Below are positions 29,405 to 39,987 of a DNA stretch of 64,000 bases, one piece after another. A program made the translations under genes and the position numbers. Position 1 is the first letter of the stretch. Each line of letters opens with the position of its first letter. Source of the stretch: a virus; IMG/VR virus record IMGVR_UViG_3300037189_023236. One strand, 5' to 3'. Below the pieces are notes generated by a model. The model had not been told where the DNA came from. It did not search any database and worked only from the letters and a program-made list of their open reading frames with translations.

Positions 29405-30198
29405 TACAGCACCCTCGATCCGACAGCTTCGATTCTTAGTACGTCATTTTCGGGATATACGCGCAATACAGAATCAGGCCCGCTTTTAGTAGCTACAGTG
29501 ATATTGAAATTACCAAATTCATCTGGCCCGCAACCATTTATTGTGCGCAGAAAGTCTTTGGGTGAAAACGCTGATTTTGGTGTGCCGTCGTCAGCAAGGC
29601 ATTGCAGCCGGCGGAACAGCGGCTCTCCAACGACATCGACGCGAATCACCCCCGGGCTTGTTTGTCTTAAAACGACGCCCTGGTCGCCGATAAGCCACAC
29701 GTCGCCGGTCAGCAATTCTCCGCCCGGAAGCAACAACCCGCGAACGCCAGGCTCTTGCGCCGGAATTACAACAGACGCCACAAATTCTGTTGCCTCTTGG
29801 TCGAATACGTGCGGCCCGACGTCCCACCCGCCAAAAAGCGCAAGATCTGTTTGCGTAGATAACAACAAACCGGCTGGTCTGCCGTAGGTATCACTAAGCT
29901 GCAACACGCCGTCTTCCGGGGCAGTAAGCGGGTTGTACTGTCCGGAACACAACGAGGTGCCGGCAGAATCGCTGATGCTGATTACAACAATGTCCGCATC
30001 TACGACAATCTCTGAGATGTATACGCCAGATTGCGCGTTTATTGGATATAGGCTGGCATCAATAAACGTTGTGCGATTGATCGCAAAGCCGGTGTTCGCG
30101 GTTAATGTAGCTGTATCCGCGAACGGATACCGCGAGTCCGATTGCTCGTCGCGAAATTCGGGAAAAAGAATTCGTGCGCCGCTCATATCATTGCTCAA
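29404..30198 (-). CDS. tail/baseplate-associated protein, paralogue family member
   Basis: FRDEQSDSRYPF and LRTINGCGPDEFGNFNI. Alternative start at 30186. Confidence 0.65.
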   Translation of the reverse strand: MSNDMSGARILFPEFRDEQSDSRYPFADTATLTANTGFAINRTTFIDASLYPINAQSGVYISEIVVDADIVVISISDSAGTSLCSGQYNPLTAPEDGVLQLSDTYGRPAGLLLSTQTDLALFGGWDVGPHVFDQEATEFVASVVIPAQEPGVRGLLLPGGELLTGDVWLIGDQGVVLRQTSPGVIRVDVVGEPLFRRLQCLADDGTPKSAFSPKDFLRTINGCGPDEFGNFNITVATKSGPDSVLRVYPENDVLRIEAVGSRVL

Positions 30199-30778
30199 TT
30201 CTTAGCTTGTTGAAGTGCGCATAGGTTCTATCAGCAAACAAGCCGGCCGAGCCCGCTAGCATTCCATAATTCGCTAGCGATGTGGAGAACGACAAAATCT
30301 TTGTTCCGGCCACGTCTGTTAATTTGCCCGCAAGTGTTACTGTATTGTTTGTTGTGTTTACGCTTGGCGTCACAGCTATTTTATGCCACCTATTCGTGTC
30401 AAATACAAAACTGAAATCGGCAAACGCTATCGCGAATTCTGTAACAAAACTAGTTCCGTTGTATCTGATAATTTTTAGCGCGCCATTGTTGATATCGACA
30501 ATTACAGCGACGTACGCACCAGCCGGTAAGTAATTCAAAACCAAACCAGCAATTTGTTGCCCGCCAGGCACGAGTTTAAACTCAACTGAAATTTCATGAC
30601 CAGCTGACCAGTCGCTTGGCAGATTTTTTAACGTAGCGACATTGACATCAAAAAGACTCGCGCTTGCGCATACTAGCTCTGGCGGCGGCGGTGTAGGTGT
30701 AGGTGTAGGTGTAGGTGTAGCCGTCCTAGTCGGCGTGGGCGTTGGTGTACTCGTCGGTGTGGGCGTAGGCGTACTCAT
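30188..30778 (-). CDS. PT-linker-initiated beta-sandwich (concanavalin/lectin-like) protein
   Basis: Begins MSTPTPTPT. Beta-rich domain with WHKIAV and GSAGLFA...HFNKLRI. Confidence 0.55.
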   Translation of the reverse strand: MSTPTPTPTSTPTPTPTRTATPTPTPTPTPPPPELVCASASLFDVNVATLKNLPSDWSAGHEISVEFKLVPGGQQIAGLVLNYLPAGAYVAVIVDINNGALKIIRYNGTSFVTEFAIAFADFSFVFDTNRWHKIAVTPSVNTTNNTVTLAGKLTDVAGTKILSFSTSLANYGMLAGSAGLFADRTYAHFNKLRIEQ

Positions 30779-30803
30779 TGGCGGCTCTGTCGCGGCTTAT
30801 AGC

Positions 30804-33353
30804 TTATTGTTGCCTGTATTGGTTGATATTTGGCGGCAAATACGAGAGCCCTTGCCAACCAGCGCCCACAGCCACGCAGCGTCCGTCGTAGCACGCAATG
30901 TCGCGCCAGTATTTTCGCACGCCTGTGTTTAATTGTTCTGCGCTCCAGTTTATACCGTCTGTACTTGTAAGCACGGGATTAGTACCGCCGCTGTCAGACA
31001 GGACGTAAAACTTGTTATTGTCAAGGTTCGAATTTATTACACGCCAACGGGCGCTAATCGGTACTTCACGCATTGTCCAGTTAATAGCGTCGGTGCTGGT
31101 GGCTATTGTATTGCTAAAATTATTGCCGTAACTGTTGTACGATATAGCTACATACGTGTTGGTTATTGAATTAAACCCAATCGCACCCCATGTAATATCG
31201 GCGGTTGATATTCTTGTGCTCGACCATGTGACGCCGTCTAATGACCGCGCAACATGACCCTCATTAGCTATTGCCACAAATTGCGATGTACTCGTATTAG
31301 AGCTCGCGTATATGACTTTTTGCCACCGCGCCGATACCGGCAACGTTATTTGCGTCCAAGTTCCAGTACCAGATTGGCTAGCCAACGCTAAGGTATGCAC
31401 GCTGCTAGATCGCCGCAGTATCACCCACCTATTTGTGTTGTAGTAACCCCACGCAACGCTACCCCACTGCGAACTTACTGGCAGTGTGCGGCCTATCCAG
31501 TTCGTACCGTCGGTGCTTGTTGCATAATAATTTGTTGTATTGCTGCCGGTAGGCTCCGCAATTGCCACAAAAAGCGGCGTGCCGCTTCCTGTCCCGCCGC
31601 CTTGCACGTCGGACCACGATAATACTGCCGGAGCATTTGTAGCTGTCCAATTTATTCCGTTAGAACTTACTGCAAATTTTGCGTCTGTGCTATTGGACAC
31701 GGCTACATACAGTAAATTTGAAAACGTAACGCCCGTCCAACCTTGCCCCGGGCCGCTTGGATAAGCAGCTTCCGGCATTGTCACAGCACTCCAGTAAACA
31801 ACCGGAGTGGGTGTTGGCGTAGCTGTCGGCGTTGGAGTCGGCGTTGGTGTTCTCGTTGGCGTAGGTGTAGGTGTCGGGGTTGGTGTTCTAGTCGGCGTAG
31901 GTGTAGGCGGTACCGGAGTATTAGTCGGAGTCGCTGTTGGCGTAGGTGTAATCGTAGGTGTAGGTGTAAATGTGGGCGTGGGTGTGGGTGTCGGAGGAAT
32001 AGGCGTATTCGTCGGAGTCGGCGTAGGCGTGTTTGTGGGGGTAGGTGTCGCGGTCGGTGTCGGGCTTGGTGTTGGTGTATTAGTTGGCGCTGGTGTCGGC
32101 GTAGGCGGTACCGGAGTATTAGTCGGAGTCGGCGTAGGCGTGTTTGCGGACGTTGGTGTGGGTGTGGGCGTTCTCGTTGGCGTGGGTGTTGGAGTTGGTG
32201 TTCTAGTTGGCGTAGGTGTCGGGGTTGGTGTTGGAGTAGGCGTCGGTCGCGGTGTACATTTTTCTAGTAAATCTTCGCCGGTAAATACGGACTTTAGAAC
32301 AAAACTACCGCCGCGCACGTCGAGCACATTTGTTAACGCATCAGTAAACGGCTCGCAAAACGGTAGCGTTTTTGCAACGATAGATGACGCACTACTGCTG
32401 CTTATTTGACTTCCGGCAGAAGAACTAGAGCTTGTCGGCGGTTGCGTTGAGCTGCTGCTGCTGCTTATAGGCGTTGCGGCGCTGCTGGAGCTGCTTGCGC
32501 TAGGTTCGCAATTGTCGACTGGCTCACGCGGCGGGCCGTATGGTTGTTTTTTACACGCGTCTTCTAGGCCAAGACCGATATCAATTCCAAATCCCCCGCA
32601 ATTTTCGAACGGATAAATATCAACACTGTCGCCAATTATGTTGATGTTGCCGGCGCAATCTGGCGTTACGCCGTTTATAGTTTCAATAGGTTGCGCTGGA
32701 CATGTTCCGCTTTCAGGCCGTACGCCGCATGGGCCCAGAAAATACGACAGCGGATTGTAATTAAAGTCGCCGATTGTAGTGGCTAATTTAAACACAATTG
32801 CGGTTGCTGGTTTGTTCAAAACTGTTACTGTCGTTTTTTCCGCTACGATCGGCGCCTCGACAGTCAGCGTAACAACGTCGACAAGCGGCGTTGCTAATCC
32901 TTGCTTTTTTATTGACTGCACCGGCAGCGCGTCGTATTTATTGGCATTTCGTGGAGCAATTTTTGTTTGTGCTGCCGCGGCATAACGACCCGAGAATGCG
33001 TCTAAAACGCCGGGCCCGAAAACGATCCAGCCGGCGACACCTGCGGACAGCGGCACTATTGCGTAATTGGCGTTAAGCTCGATAGGCTTTGGCAGGCTAA
33101 CTGCCGCAATTGATGTGACTGCTCCGGTGTCGTTTTTTTCAGCGCCAATAATAACGGTAACAATGTTTGCCGTTACCGTTATTGCCTGCACAAACGCACT
33201 GTCGCCTAGATTGCCAGGAAAACGAATGTGGCAATCTACAACAATGTCGTTGCGTAAAAGATTGTCGGCGTCATCTAAGCACGTACTGGTATCGTCAAGC
33301 GGATATTTCCGCCCGGCTTGCAAGTCATACCAGTTTTGATTGCGTACAGGCAT
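30804..33353 (-). CDS. paralogue-family protein with Ser and PT linkers and a C-terminal BNR-like beta-propeller
   Basis: [29 protein letters not shown], and repeated S.DG.NWT blades. Confidence 0.75.
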   Translation of the reverse strand: MPVRNQNWYDLQAGRKYPLDDTSTCLDDADNLLRNDIVVDCHIRFPGNLGDSAFVQAITVTANIVTVIIGAEKNDTGAVTSIAAVSLPKPIELNANYAIVPLSAGVAGWIVFGPGVLDAFSGRYAAAAQTKIAPRNANKYDALPVQSIKKQGLATPLVDVVTLTVEAPIVAEKTTVTVLNKPATAIVFKLATTIGDFNYNPLSYFLGPCGVRPESGTCPAQPIETINGVTPDCAGNINIIGDSVDIYPFENCGGFGIDIGLGLEDACKKQPYGPPREPVDNCEPSASSSSSAATPISSSSSSTQPPTSSSSSAGSQISSSSASSIVAKTLPFCEPFTDALTNVLDVRGGSFVLKSVFTGEDLLEKCTPRPTPTPTPTPTPTPTRTPTPTPTPTRTPTPTPTSANTPTPTPTNTPVPPTPTPAPTNTPTPSPTPTATPTPTNTPTPTPTNTPIPPTPTPTPTFTPTPTITPTPTATPTNTPVPPTPTPTRTPTPTPTPTPTRTPTPTPTPTATPTPTPVVYWSAVTMPEAAYPSGPGQGWTGVTFSNLLYVAVSNSTDAKFAVSSNGINWTATNAPAVLSWSDVQGGGTGSGTPLFVAIAEPTGSNTTNYYATSTDGTNWIGRTLPVSSQWGSVAWGYYNTNRWVILRRSSSVHTLALASQSGTGTWTQITLPVSARWQKVIYASSNTSTSQFVAIANEGHVARSLDGVTWSSTRISTADITWGAIGFNSITNTYVAISYNSYGNNFSNTIATSTDAINWTMREVPISARWRVINSNLDNNKFYVLSDSGGTNPVLTSTDGINWSAEQLNTGVRKYWRDIACYDGRCVAVGAGWQGLSYLPPNINQYRQQ

Positions 33354-33356
33354 TGA

Positions 33357-34874
33357 TTAACTACACAACGCGATTGTTTGTCCGCTATCGTCGCAATACA
33401 GTGCTTTAGCTTCTGTAACAGACGCCGTAGCCGATGTATTGTCGCAACCAAGGCGTACTGGGCCGGCGTCTGTGGTTGCTGTAATAGTGGCGCTGACAAT
33501 TGTTGGTTTAGCATTAGCAAATACCAACCGAAAACTTACAGTTGCCGAATTCCCGACGTCTACGCTACCAAGGTCTGCTGTAAATACGGGCCAGCTACCG
33601 TCTAACTCGTATAGATCTTGTGTTGAGCGCGCGGTTGTTATTTTTGTGTAACCGCAAACAAGTTCAGCGGAGTTATTAGGGTAAGTCGCAAACTCAATTC
33701 GCATAACGGCGTTGTCGGCGCAGTCGGCGCAGTTGTTGCAGTATTGCGCGACAATGTCTAAATACGGACAACGTTGAGCGGACAAACACGTTTTTAGCGG
33801 TTTTCGGAGACGGCATAGCCGCTGATTTTCCCAACGCGCAATATTGTCAGAATGCATTAACAGCACGTTATTTGCATCAACGCCAATCGTTTTGTACCGA
33901 TCTCTTGTGCCGTTCATGTACGTAGCGATGTCGACATAGTCGTCGCACGTGCAGCATGCGGGACAATTGCTGCCTATTTGTTGCGTGGCTGTATTGTTTG
34001 CCCATTGCGGTATGAGTTTATTGTTGGCTGGGCTATACGCTGTTGGTAAATAAGCCCACAAACAATCTTTTGCTGTGATAAGCACGCTTGGTCCGGATAA
34101 GCCGTTCAGATTACGAATTACGGGTTGCGTTTCTGCGCAATCAACATATTTACCCAAACCTTCGCCCGGGATGGCCGATATTGTTACTTGGCGCGTTGAT
34201 CGCAGGCCCCGTAACTGCGGATCGGACACGACTAGCGTGTTATTTAAACCCGCGCCGATGTCTACTGCGGTGTTTGTTAATTTTACGTCAAGGTTGTTTG
34301 CGTACGATGGTAGCACTAAAGAGCGCAGCCGGCGCGGTACGCGATATACAGCGCGTTCATCAATTACCGCGGACTCAGGCGTAATATGCGTAGCGAATTG
34401 CCGCGTAGTTGTTTCGTCGTCTCCCGCGGATGAGGGCGGCCATGTTTGATAGACCACAATACGACAAACGACAGTCGCCGTTGTCCACTCATAAATTTTG
34501 TAGTCATGCGTACCGGGGCAAGACTCTGTCTTTTTTAGGCCCCAGCACCACGACGTAAACGCAACGCCAGCAGTTGTCGAATCAAACACAACAACATTCT
34601 GCGCGTCAACAATTAAAACGTCTGCAGCATGCGTCGGCGTTGGCGTATCTTCTGGTGCGGGAACCGTAGCGCACCCGACACCGTAAAGCCATTTGATGTG
34701 CAACGGATGGCGTACGGCATCGTGTTCGCGGTCGTACGCTAGGTATAAATCCGCTAGCAGATACTCAATGTCTGGCGACGGATTAATTAGCGGATAATCC
34801 AGCCCGCTCTGTGGCTGGATTACGCCAATACCTTGCCGCCCGCGGGGGGAATATTGATACGATTCGCATGTCAT
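33357..34874 (-). CDS. tail/baseplate-associated Cys-rich protein, divergent paralogue
   Basis: GLDYPL, IRNLNGL, and CPACCTCDDY. Confidence 0.6.
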   Translation of the reverse strand: MTCESYQYSPRGRQGIGVIQPQSGLDYPLINPSPDIEYLLADLYLAYDREHDAVRHPLHIKWLYGVGCATVPAPEDTPTPTHAADVLIVDAQNVVVFDSTTAGVAFTSWCWGLKKTESCPGTHDYKIYEWTTATVVCRIVVYQTWPPSSAGDDETTTRQFATHITPESAVIDERAVYRVPRRLRSLVLPSYANNLDVKLTNTAVDIGAGLNNTLVVSDPQLRGLRSTRQVTISAIPGEGLGKYVDCAETQPVIRNLNGLSGPSVLITAKDCLWAYLPTAYSPANNKLIPQWANNTATQQIGSNCPACCTCDDYVDIATYMNGTRDRYKTIGVDANNVLLMHSDNIARWENQRLCRLRKPLKTCLSAQRCPYLDIVAQYCNNCADCADNAVMRIEFATYPNNSAELVCGYTKITTARSTQDLYELDGSWPVFTADLGSVDVGNSATVSFRLVFANAKPTIVSATITATTDAGPVRLGCDNTSATASVTEAKALYCDDSGQTIALCS

Positions 34875-34877
34875 CGC

Positions 34878-35834
34878 TCACCCGCATGTATTGCATCCGG
34901 CGTCTCCCAGCCGGCTACCGAGCACGACAAGGCTCATTTGTGTTACTTCTGAACTTAACCTTGTCACGAAATTTTGCATAGTCGATACGCCGTCGCTAAA
35001 GCGATCTATCTGCGTTTTAATCGCATCAAGTTCTGCGCAACCGCAACACGGCACGGCACAAACATCGGCAAGTTGAATGCCGTTTCCGCTCGCGCTTACG
35101 TTAATGCACTCGTTTCCGGCTATTGTAAAATTACCGTCATCGGAGCAGACGCCGTTTATGCAGCGAATGCACTCGCCGGTATTGTTTATATCGCAATCGC
35201 AAGTGGCGTTGAGGTTCAAACCCGAAATTGCGTTTAGTGTTATTCTGGGCCGGCCGCTTGTCAGGTTAACGGCGTAATCTATCCGCATGTTCGTCCCGGC
35301 TACTAGCTCTACGTCGCCGTATATGTCTGGGCTTATTTCTTGCCCGTTTATAACTCGAATTGCAGACACGCCGCGAATAAGCGGTCGAATTGTGTCCGTT
35401 TCAAGTTCGCCGGCAGCCTTTGTAAACGTATACAAGCCGGCAGGTAGCGTGTCGATCTCGTCAAGACGCCCAATAACGATTTGACCGATTGTGTCAGCAA
35501 AATCGTTAATACCGCCAAGTGCGTACGTATTATTTGCTGTATGCGTCGCTTTGGCGATATTGGCGCTGGCTACAAGTATTGTTTCTTCAGTCGTCGGGTC
35601 AAAGTAACCGATACCGACTGCGTAGCCGGTTGGCGAAATTAGCAGCGTGTTTACAAAAAATTGGTCAGTTTGTACGTTTAGCCCGGCGTGTATCGGCAGG
35701 TATAGCGCGACAATGAAACTGTCTGGAATACGGACAGTTTCCGTAGTGTCAACCTTGCTCGAGCGTTCTGTAAGCGGGTAAGAGCGCTGCGAGTTGTGGT
35801 TGAGCCATTGTAAATTCCAGTTTCCAATTGGCAT
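34878..35834 (-). CDS. tail/baseplate-associated protein, paralogue family member
   Basis: WLNHNSQRSYPL, IRCINGVCSDDGNFTI, and CAVPCCGC followed by a coiled coil. Confidence 0.65.
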   Translation of the reverse strand: MPIGNWNLQWLNHNSQRSYPLTERSSKVDTTETVRIPDSFIVALYLPIHAGLNVQTDQFFVNTLLISPTGYAVGIGYFDPTTEETILVASANIAKATHTANNTYALGGINDFADTIGQIVIGRLDEIDTLPAGLYTFTKAAGELETDTIRPLIRGVSAIRVINGQEISPDIYGDVELVAGTNMRIDYAVNLTSGRPRITLNAISGLNLNATCDCDINNTGECIRCINGVCSDDGNFTIAGNECINVSASGNGIQLADVCAVPCCGCAELDAIKTQIDRFSDGVSTMQNFVTRLSSEVTQMSLVVLGSRLGDAGCNTCG

Positions 35835-35846
35835 GGCAGCTCAACA

Positions 35847-37724
35847 TTATGTAGACGTTGTTACAATTCCTGCCAGCCGTAATAGCCCGATTTCTGCGGT
35901 GTATGCGTCAGCTACGCCGCCGATTAGTGGGCGGCGAAGTGTCACGAGCACCGTGTCGCCTTCAGCCACTGCGAAAGACGCGCTTTCAATTTCAATAGCT
36001 ACGTCTTGCGTGGCGCTTACGGCAGAATTAAATGTCAGCGCCGGCGTTACGTCAGACACTACGAGCGCTACTCCGCCGGTGCCTGGTCGCGGCAATCGTC
36101 GATAGGTGAGCTCCATCGCGGGAAGCGTTGCAGTTTTTCGCCCGAACAGCTGCGCGCGAATTTTCATAACAAGTCCCGTACCAAGTCCTGCGGCGGGCAC
36201 ATTAAGCCGCACGCGCACAGACGAGTCTTGACCTTGCGGAAACCCAAGATAGGGTATGTCGTTATACAGCCGCTCAACCACGTCGCTCAGCCGAATAATT
36301 TGCGGCGCTATGTCGCGTTCGACAAGCGCGTCGTTGAAAGAAATTTTGACAAGACCTTGTTTTGCCGTTACGACGGCTGTCGGACTAAACCCAAGCGCTG
36401 TTTTTTCTGCTGTCGTTAACGTTCTTGTGTACGTCGACGTTGGCGTGTTTACGCTGCTAACTACAATAGCCGGCGAACCGCTAACAATACCCTCAGTAAC
36501 CCAACCCTCTCGCAGCTTGTAGCCGTCTTCTACGGCTTTAAACACTTTTCCGCCGTCGAGCAGCGGCGGTTTGATCGCCAGGTTTAAATTGAGATCTATT
36601 TCAAGATCGCCTGTTTTTGCTGGCAAGCCGTCGCAGTTCGTAATTACAATCGGGCTTCCTGGGGCGGCTTCTAGGCTTGTAACAACACTTCGATCATTGC
36701 CGAATACCATACGCAAAAATACGACAATGACCCGCATGCGTTCGTCGCGCGGGCATTCTGGCGCCGCGCTACTACTACTAGACGAACTTGACGTAACCGA
36801 TGCAGGCCACGGCACGTCGCCTACGCAGTCGCTCATCCACCAAATGCCGTTAGCGTCGCATACCGCCAAACCGTCGCTGCCGAGCGGGATTTCAGTTGCG
36901 CCGACGCGGCTGGCTCCTTTGTCCCAAAGCATAGCTACGGCAGACACCGGTATTGGCGGCCACACACGCGAGACGGCCTCGTGCGCCGCGAGGTTGTATC
37001 CAAATACGGCGCCAGCCGGGGCTTTTCCGTTAAAGCTAGCGTGATTCGCCGGCAGCCAACCTTGCTTTGTTACGTCAGGACTGGTTATTGCGTATCGGTT
37101 GTTACTAACCGTCGCGGTGCCAGCGGGTTGTGATACAAGCTCAAACCGATAATGGATGTGATCCTCTAGGAAGTCGCGCACTTGCGGCATAACGACAACC
37201 CACGGATCCGCCGCGCAATTATCCTTCGGCCCCTGTATGTAACAAACCGATACAGTTGCCGGCGGCCGCTGTTTTGTTAATTTACCAGCAGCCTCAGACG
37301 ATAAATAATAACGGCCCGCAGTTATGGTGCCGTCAACAGCGTTGGTAAGGCCGGGTAGCTTTACAATTCCGCGCAATACAATGTCGCCGAGCGTGCTGCT
37401 TTTCTTTTTGTACAGCAACCCTAGGCAATCAGACGACGCCTGAACGGTTAGCGTTTGTGTTACGGTGTCGTGCTCTACTGCGGCTAATGCCTGCTCGTAT
37501 CGCTGTGTTTGGTAATTCCAAAACACAGGTTGCCCTTCTAATACGTCAGGGGCAATTGTTGCGTCTACATCAAATAGCGCGCGGCCCAGAGCGGCGGCGT
37601 CAAGCCGATCTTTGAGGTAGTTTGTTCTTTCAGCCAGCGCGGCGTCTGGGCGGTTAACTACGCCCGACTGTACCGGTTCGCCCGGCGCCACATGGCGAAT
37701 GTTGTATAGCCAATTGTTGGACAT
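35847..37724 (-). CDS. putative proximal tail fibre/baseplate protein
   Basis: N-terminal GEPVQSGVVNRPDAALAERTNYLK resembles myovirus fibre attachment motifs. Lies directly after the baseplate wedge genes. Confidence 0.6.
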   Translation of the reverse strand: MSNNWLYNIRHVAPGEPVQSGVVNRPDAALAERTNYLKDRLDAAALGRALFDVDATIAPDVLEGQPVFWNYQTQRYEQALAAVEHDTVTQTLTVQASSDCLGLLYKKKSSTLGDIVLRGIVKLPGLTNAVDGTITAGRYYLSSEAAGKLTKQRPPATVSVCYIQGPKDNCAADPWVVVMPQVRDFLEDHIHYRFELVSQPAGTATVSNNRYAITSPDVTKQGWLPANHASFNGKAPAGAVFGYNLAAHEAVSRVWPPIPVSAVAMLWDKGASRVGATEIPLGSDGLAVCDANGIWWMSDCVGDVPWPASVTSSSSSSSSAAPECPRDERMRVIVVFLRMVFGNDRSVVTSLEAAPGSPIVITNCDGLPAKTGDLEIDLNLNLAIKPPLLDGGKVFKAVEDGYKLREGWVTEGIVSGSPAIVVSSVNTPTSTYTRTLTTAEKTALGFSPTAVVTAKQGLVKISFNDALVERDIAPQIIRLSDVVERLYNDIPYLGFPQGQDSSVRVRLNVPAAGLGTGLVMKIRAQLFGRKTATLPAMELTYRRLPRPGTGGVALVVSDVTPALTFNSAVSATQDVAIEIESASFAVAEGDTVLVTLRRPLIGGVADAYTAEIGLLRLAGIVTTST

Positions 37725-37747
37725 CCTTGTCCTCCAAGCGTTAAAGC

Positions 37748-38383
37748 TTATTCAAATGCGATGTCCCACGTAATGCCGATCTGCGACGAGGCCTCTTTGC
37801 TTGTTTGATCACCGGCGTCTAGGTTTATCTTGGCGAATATAAGATCGCGTGTTCTGTCTGCAAAACGCGGCATAGCGACTAACGCAGCCGAAAAGATCTT
37901 GCTGTTGACTAAATGACTGAAATTTTTACCGTGAACGCCTTGCGTACCAGCAGTCTGCGCAAAAAACGTAAGCTGATTGCTCAAGCCGGCGGTGTTTAAA
38001 ACTGTTTCGCCGGTGCTGCCTGGCATAACACTTAGTGTCGGTTCCAGCCGTAACGGCACGCGCAGGAAGTCGCGTTTCGGATCGGAGGCCAGCGCGTTGT
38101 AATAGCCAAGCCCGACGGTACGATCAAAAGTGCTTGTAGTTACTGCAACCGCTGGGTCGGTTTGGTTTTCGTACTCAAAGTACATGCCCGAAATGAAATA
38201 ATCGTCTCGATCTGGCTGGCGCCTAAAGCCGAGCTGCTTTGCCGCGATATGGCCCCACCAAACTTGAATCTGATTTGATTTAGCCGCAATGGGCGTACGA
38301 GTGCCCGTGTTTTCATCTATGCGCCATACGGTTACATGCCCGCGAACGCTGAAATTACCAGGAATTAGTGAATCGGCCGGCAT
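37748..38383 (-). CDS. putative baseplate/fibre-attachment protein
   Basis: VRGHVTV N-terminus, IGITWDIAF C-terminus, and synteny. Confidence 0.5.
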   Translation of the reverse strand: MPADSLIPGNFSVRGHVTVWRIDENTGTRTPIAAKSNQIQVWWGHIAAKQLGFRRQPDRDDYFISGMYFEYENQTDPAVAVTTSTFDRTVGLGYYNALASDPKRDFLRVPLRLEPTLSVMPGSTGETVLNTAGLSNQLTFFAQTAGTQGVHGKNFSHLVNSKIFSAALVAMPRFADRTRDLIFAKINLDAGDQTSKEASSQIGITWDIAFE

Positions 38384-38392
38384 GGCGTATCC

Positions 38393-39982
38393 TTATTGGC
38401 AGGTTCCCGACACGGTTCTAACGATAACACCCCTGTCCGTCACCAATGAATTGGCGACGGAATCAGTTAATGGCTCTGCCGCTTTGAAAAAATCGATGGT
38501 TTCAAACAGTGAGTTATTGGCCGTAATTTGGTGCTTTTTACTGCTTAACGCGTATACCAGAAACAGCGCTGAGCCTGGCGGCAATAATTGCCGCACATGA
38601 CGAATATTGTACAGTCCGAGATGATTTTTCCCCAATCGGGAAACCTGTACTTTGGCTATTATCGCGTTATTGCGGAATACGTTTTTTACGAGAAATTCAA
38701 GCGGATTTATCGTCGTCGGCAGGTCGGACGCTGCCGGTTCCCCTATCGGAGTTTTACGACGATCGAGGATGTGCGCCAGCGTGCCTAACCGGCGATTAAG
38801 CCCAGTCGGGTCACATTCTGGCGGCGTTTGCGGAATTTGCTCAATTCCGCGCGCGTGCATCTCGTCAAAAAAGCGCTGTACATCGCTGGGCAAACCGCTG
38901 AGCGGAAAACTGATATAAGTAAAGCCGCTGGGGTGCTCGGCATCAACGTCGAGCGGAACCGATTTGTTTTCGAAAATTAAGTCGCCGTAAAAACAGGCGG
39001 CCGTAAAACCAGAGTCAACAGCGAGCGCGGTTATTGCTGCGGGAACTTCGCCGCGATTTAACTCAAAAATATCAAACACGTCGACTAGCCTGTCGCCGCG
39101 TTTTAACGCGTCGCCAACCGCAACAACTGGATTTGCCTCAGCAGCAAACCTGTAGACATTTTTGTCGGTGGCTATTACGAGGCCCGCATTGTCGACGGTC
39201 ATTAGCTCGACGACCTCGTTATCTGTTTTAACAACGGGCACGTCAAAAATTGCTGCAAACACCTCCGACAAAACCGCAGAGCTAGCACCTCCGGCGACTA
39301 ACCCGTCAATTACAGCGTTAACAAGGTTTTTTGCGTTTTCTGAACTAGGTAGATTGATATTGACGGCGTATGCAAACTGTTGAAATACGTACTGATAGTC
39401 AAATTGCGCTTTAAACGCCCACAGGGTTATCTCTTCGTCGACAAGTTTGTCGCCATCGTATATGGGGCGCCGCGTTACTGTCGTGCTGGCAAATGGATCG
39501 GATACGAACAAAATTGTGCTGGTACGGGTGTCGATAACAAAATCAACGCCGCCAGCTAGCGAAAACGTCGGGAACAGCAGCCGATCGAAAAGCTGCGCCG
39601 GCGTCCTTACGTCGCGCGATACCGGAAACGCAAAAAAATCCTTTCCAGTAAACGCATCAAATGCCAGCTGCGGCGCTCCGTCAAATTCAAACGCGCCTTC
39701 GTCAAATCGGTACTGGTTTGCGGCTGTTACATTTGTGTCGCTTTTACGCAATACAATCGGGTACCAGTTCTCAGTATGAAAAACTGGAATTTCAAAGCGG
39801 CTTAGCGCGGCAACAGTCTCGAGCAGATTTAGCTGCGTTTGAGCTACGGCGGCAGCTGTAGCGCGCGTATACGAATGTAGCTGGTCAACACCCTCATACG
39901 TGCGCGCCCAAAAACTGCCTAGCACCGCCAGCAGCGACTCGCGCCTATCAATATCGGATGATGGGTATGTGAATGTCTGCAT
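38393..39982 (-). CDS. putative baseplate wedge protein
   Basis: 529 aa, follows the baseplate J gene, LGSFW N-terminus. Confidence 0.5.
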   Translation of the reverse strand: MQTFTYPSSDIDRRESLLAVLGSFWARTYEGVDQLHSYTRATAAAVAQTQLNLLETVAALSRFEIPVFHTENWYPIVLRKSDTNVTAANQYRFDEGAFEFDGAPQLAFDAFTGKDFFAFPVSRDVRTPAQLFDRLLFPTFSLAGGVDFVIDTRTSTILFVSDPFASTTVTRRPIYDGDKLVDEEITLWAFKAQFDYQYVFQQFAYAVNINLPSSENAKNLVNAVIDGLVAGGASSAVLSEVFAAIFDVPVVKTDNEVVELMTVDNAGLVIATDKNVYRFAAEANPVVAVGDALKRGDRLVDVFDIFELNRGEVPAAITALAVDSGFTAACFYGDLIFENKSVPLDVDAEHPSGFTYISFPLSGLPSDVQRFFDEMHARGIEQIPQTPPECDPTGLNRRLGTLAHILDRRKTPIGEPAASDLPTTINPLEFLVKNVFRNNAIIAKVQVSRLGKNHLGLYNIRHVRQLLPPGSALFLVYALSSKKHQITANNSLFETIDFFKAAEPLTDSVANSLVTDRGVIVRTVSGTCQ

Positions 39983-39987
39983 TGATC

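Noticed and set aside
15192-32409. Plus-strand Gly-Val repeat ORFs (e.g. 15837..16496, 19686..20099, 21552..22256, 31807..32409)
   Set aside because: They are antisense shadows of the Pro-Thr tracts and stay open only because the repeat lacks stops.
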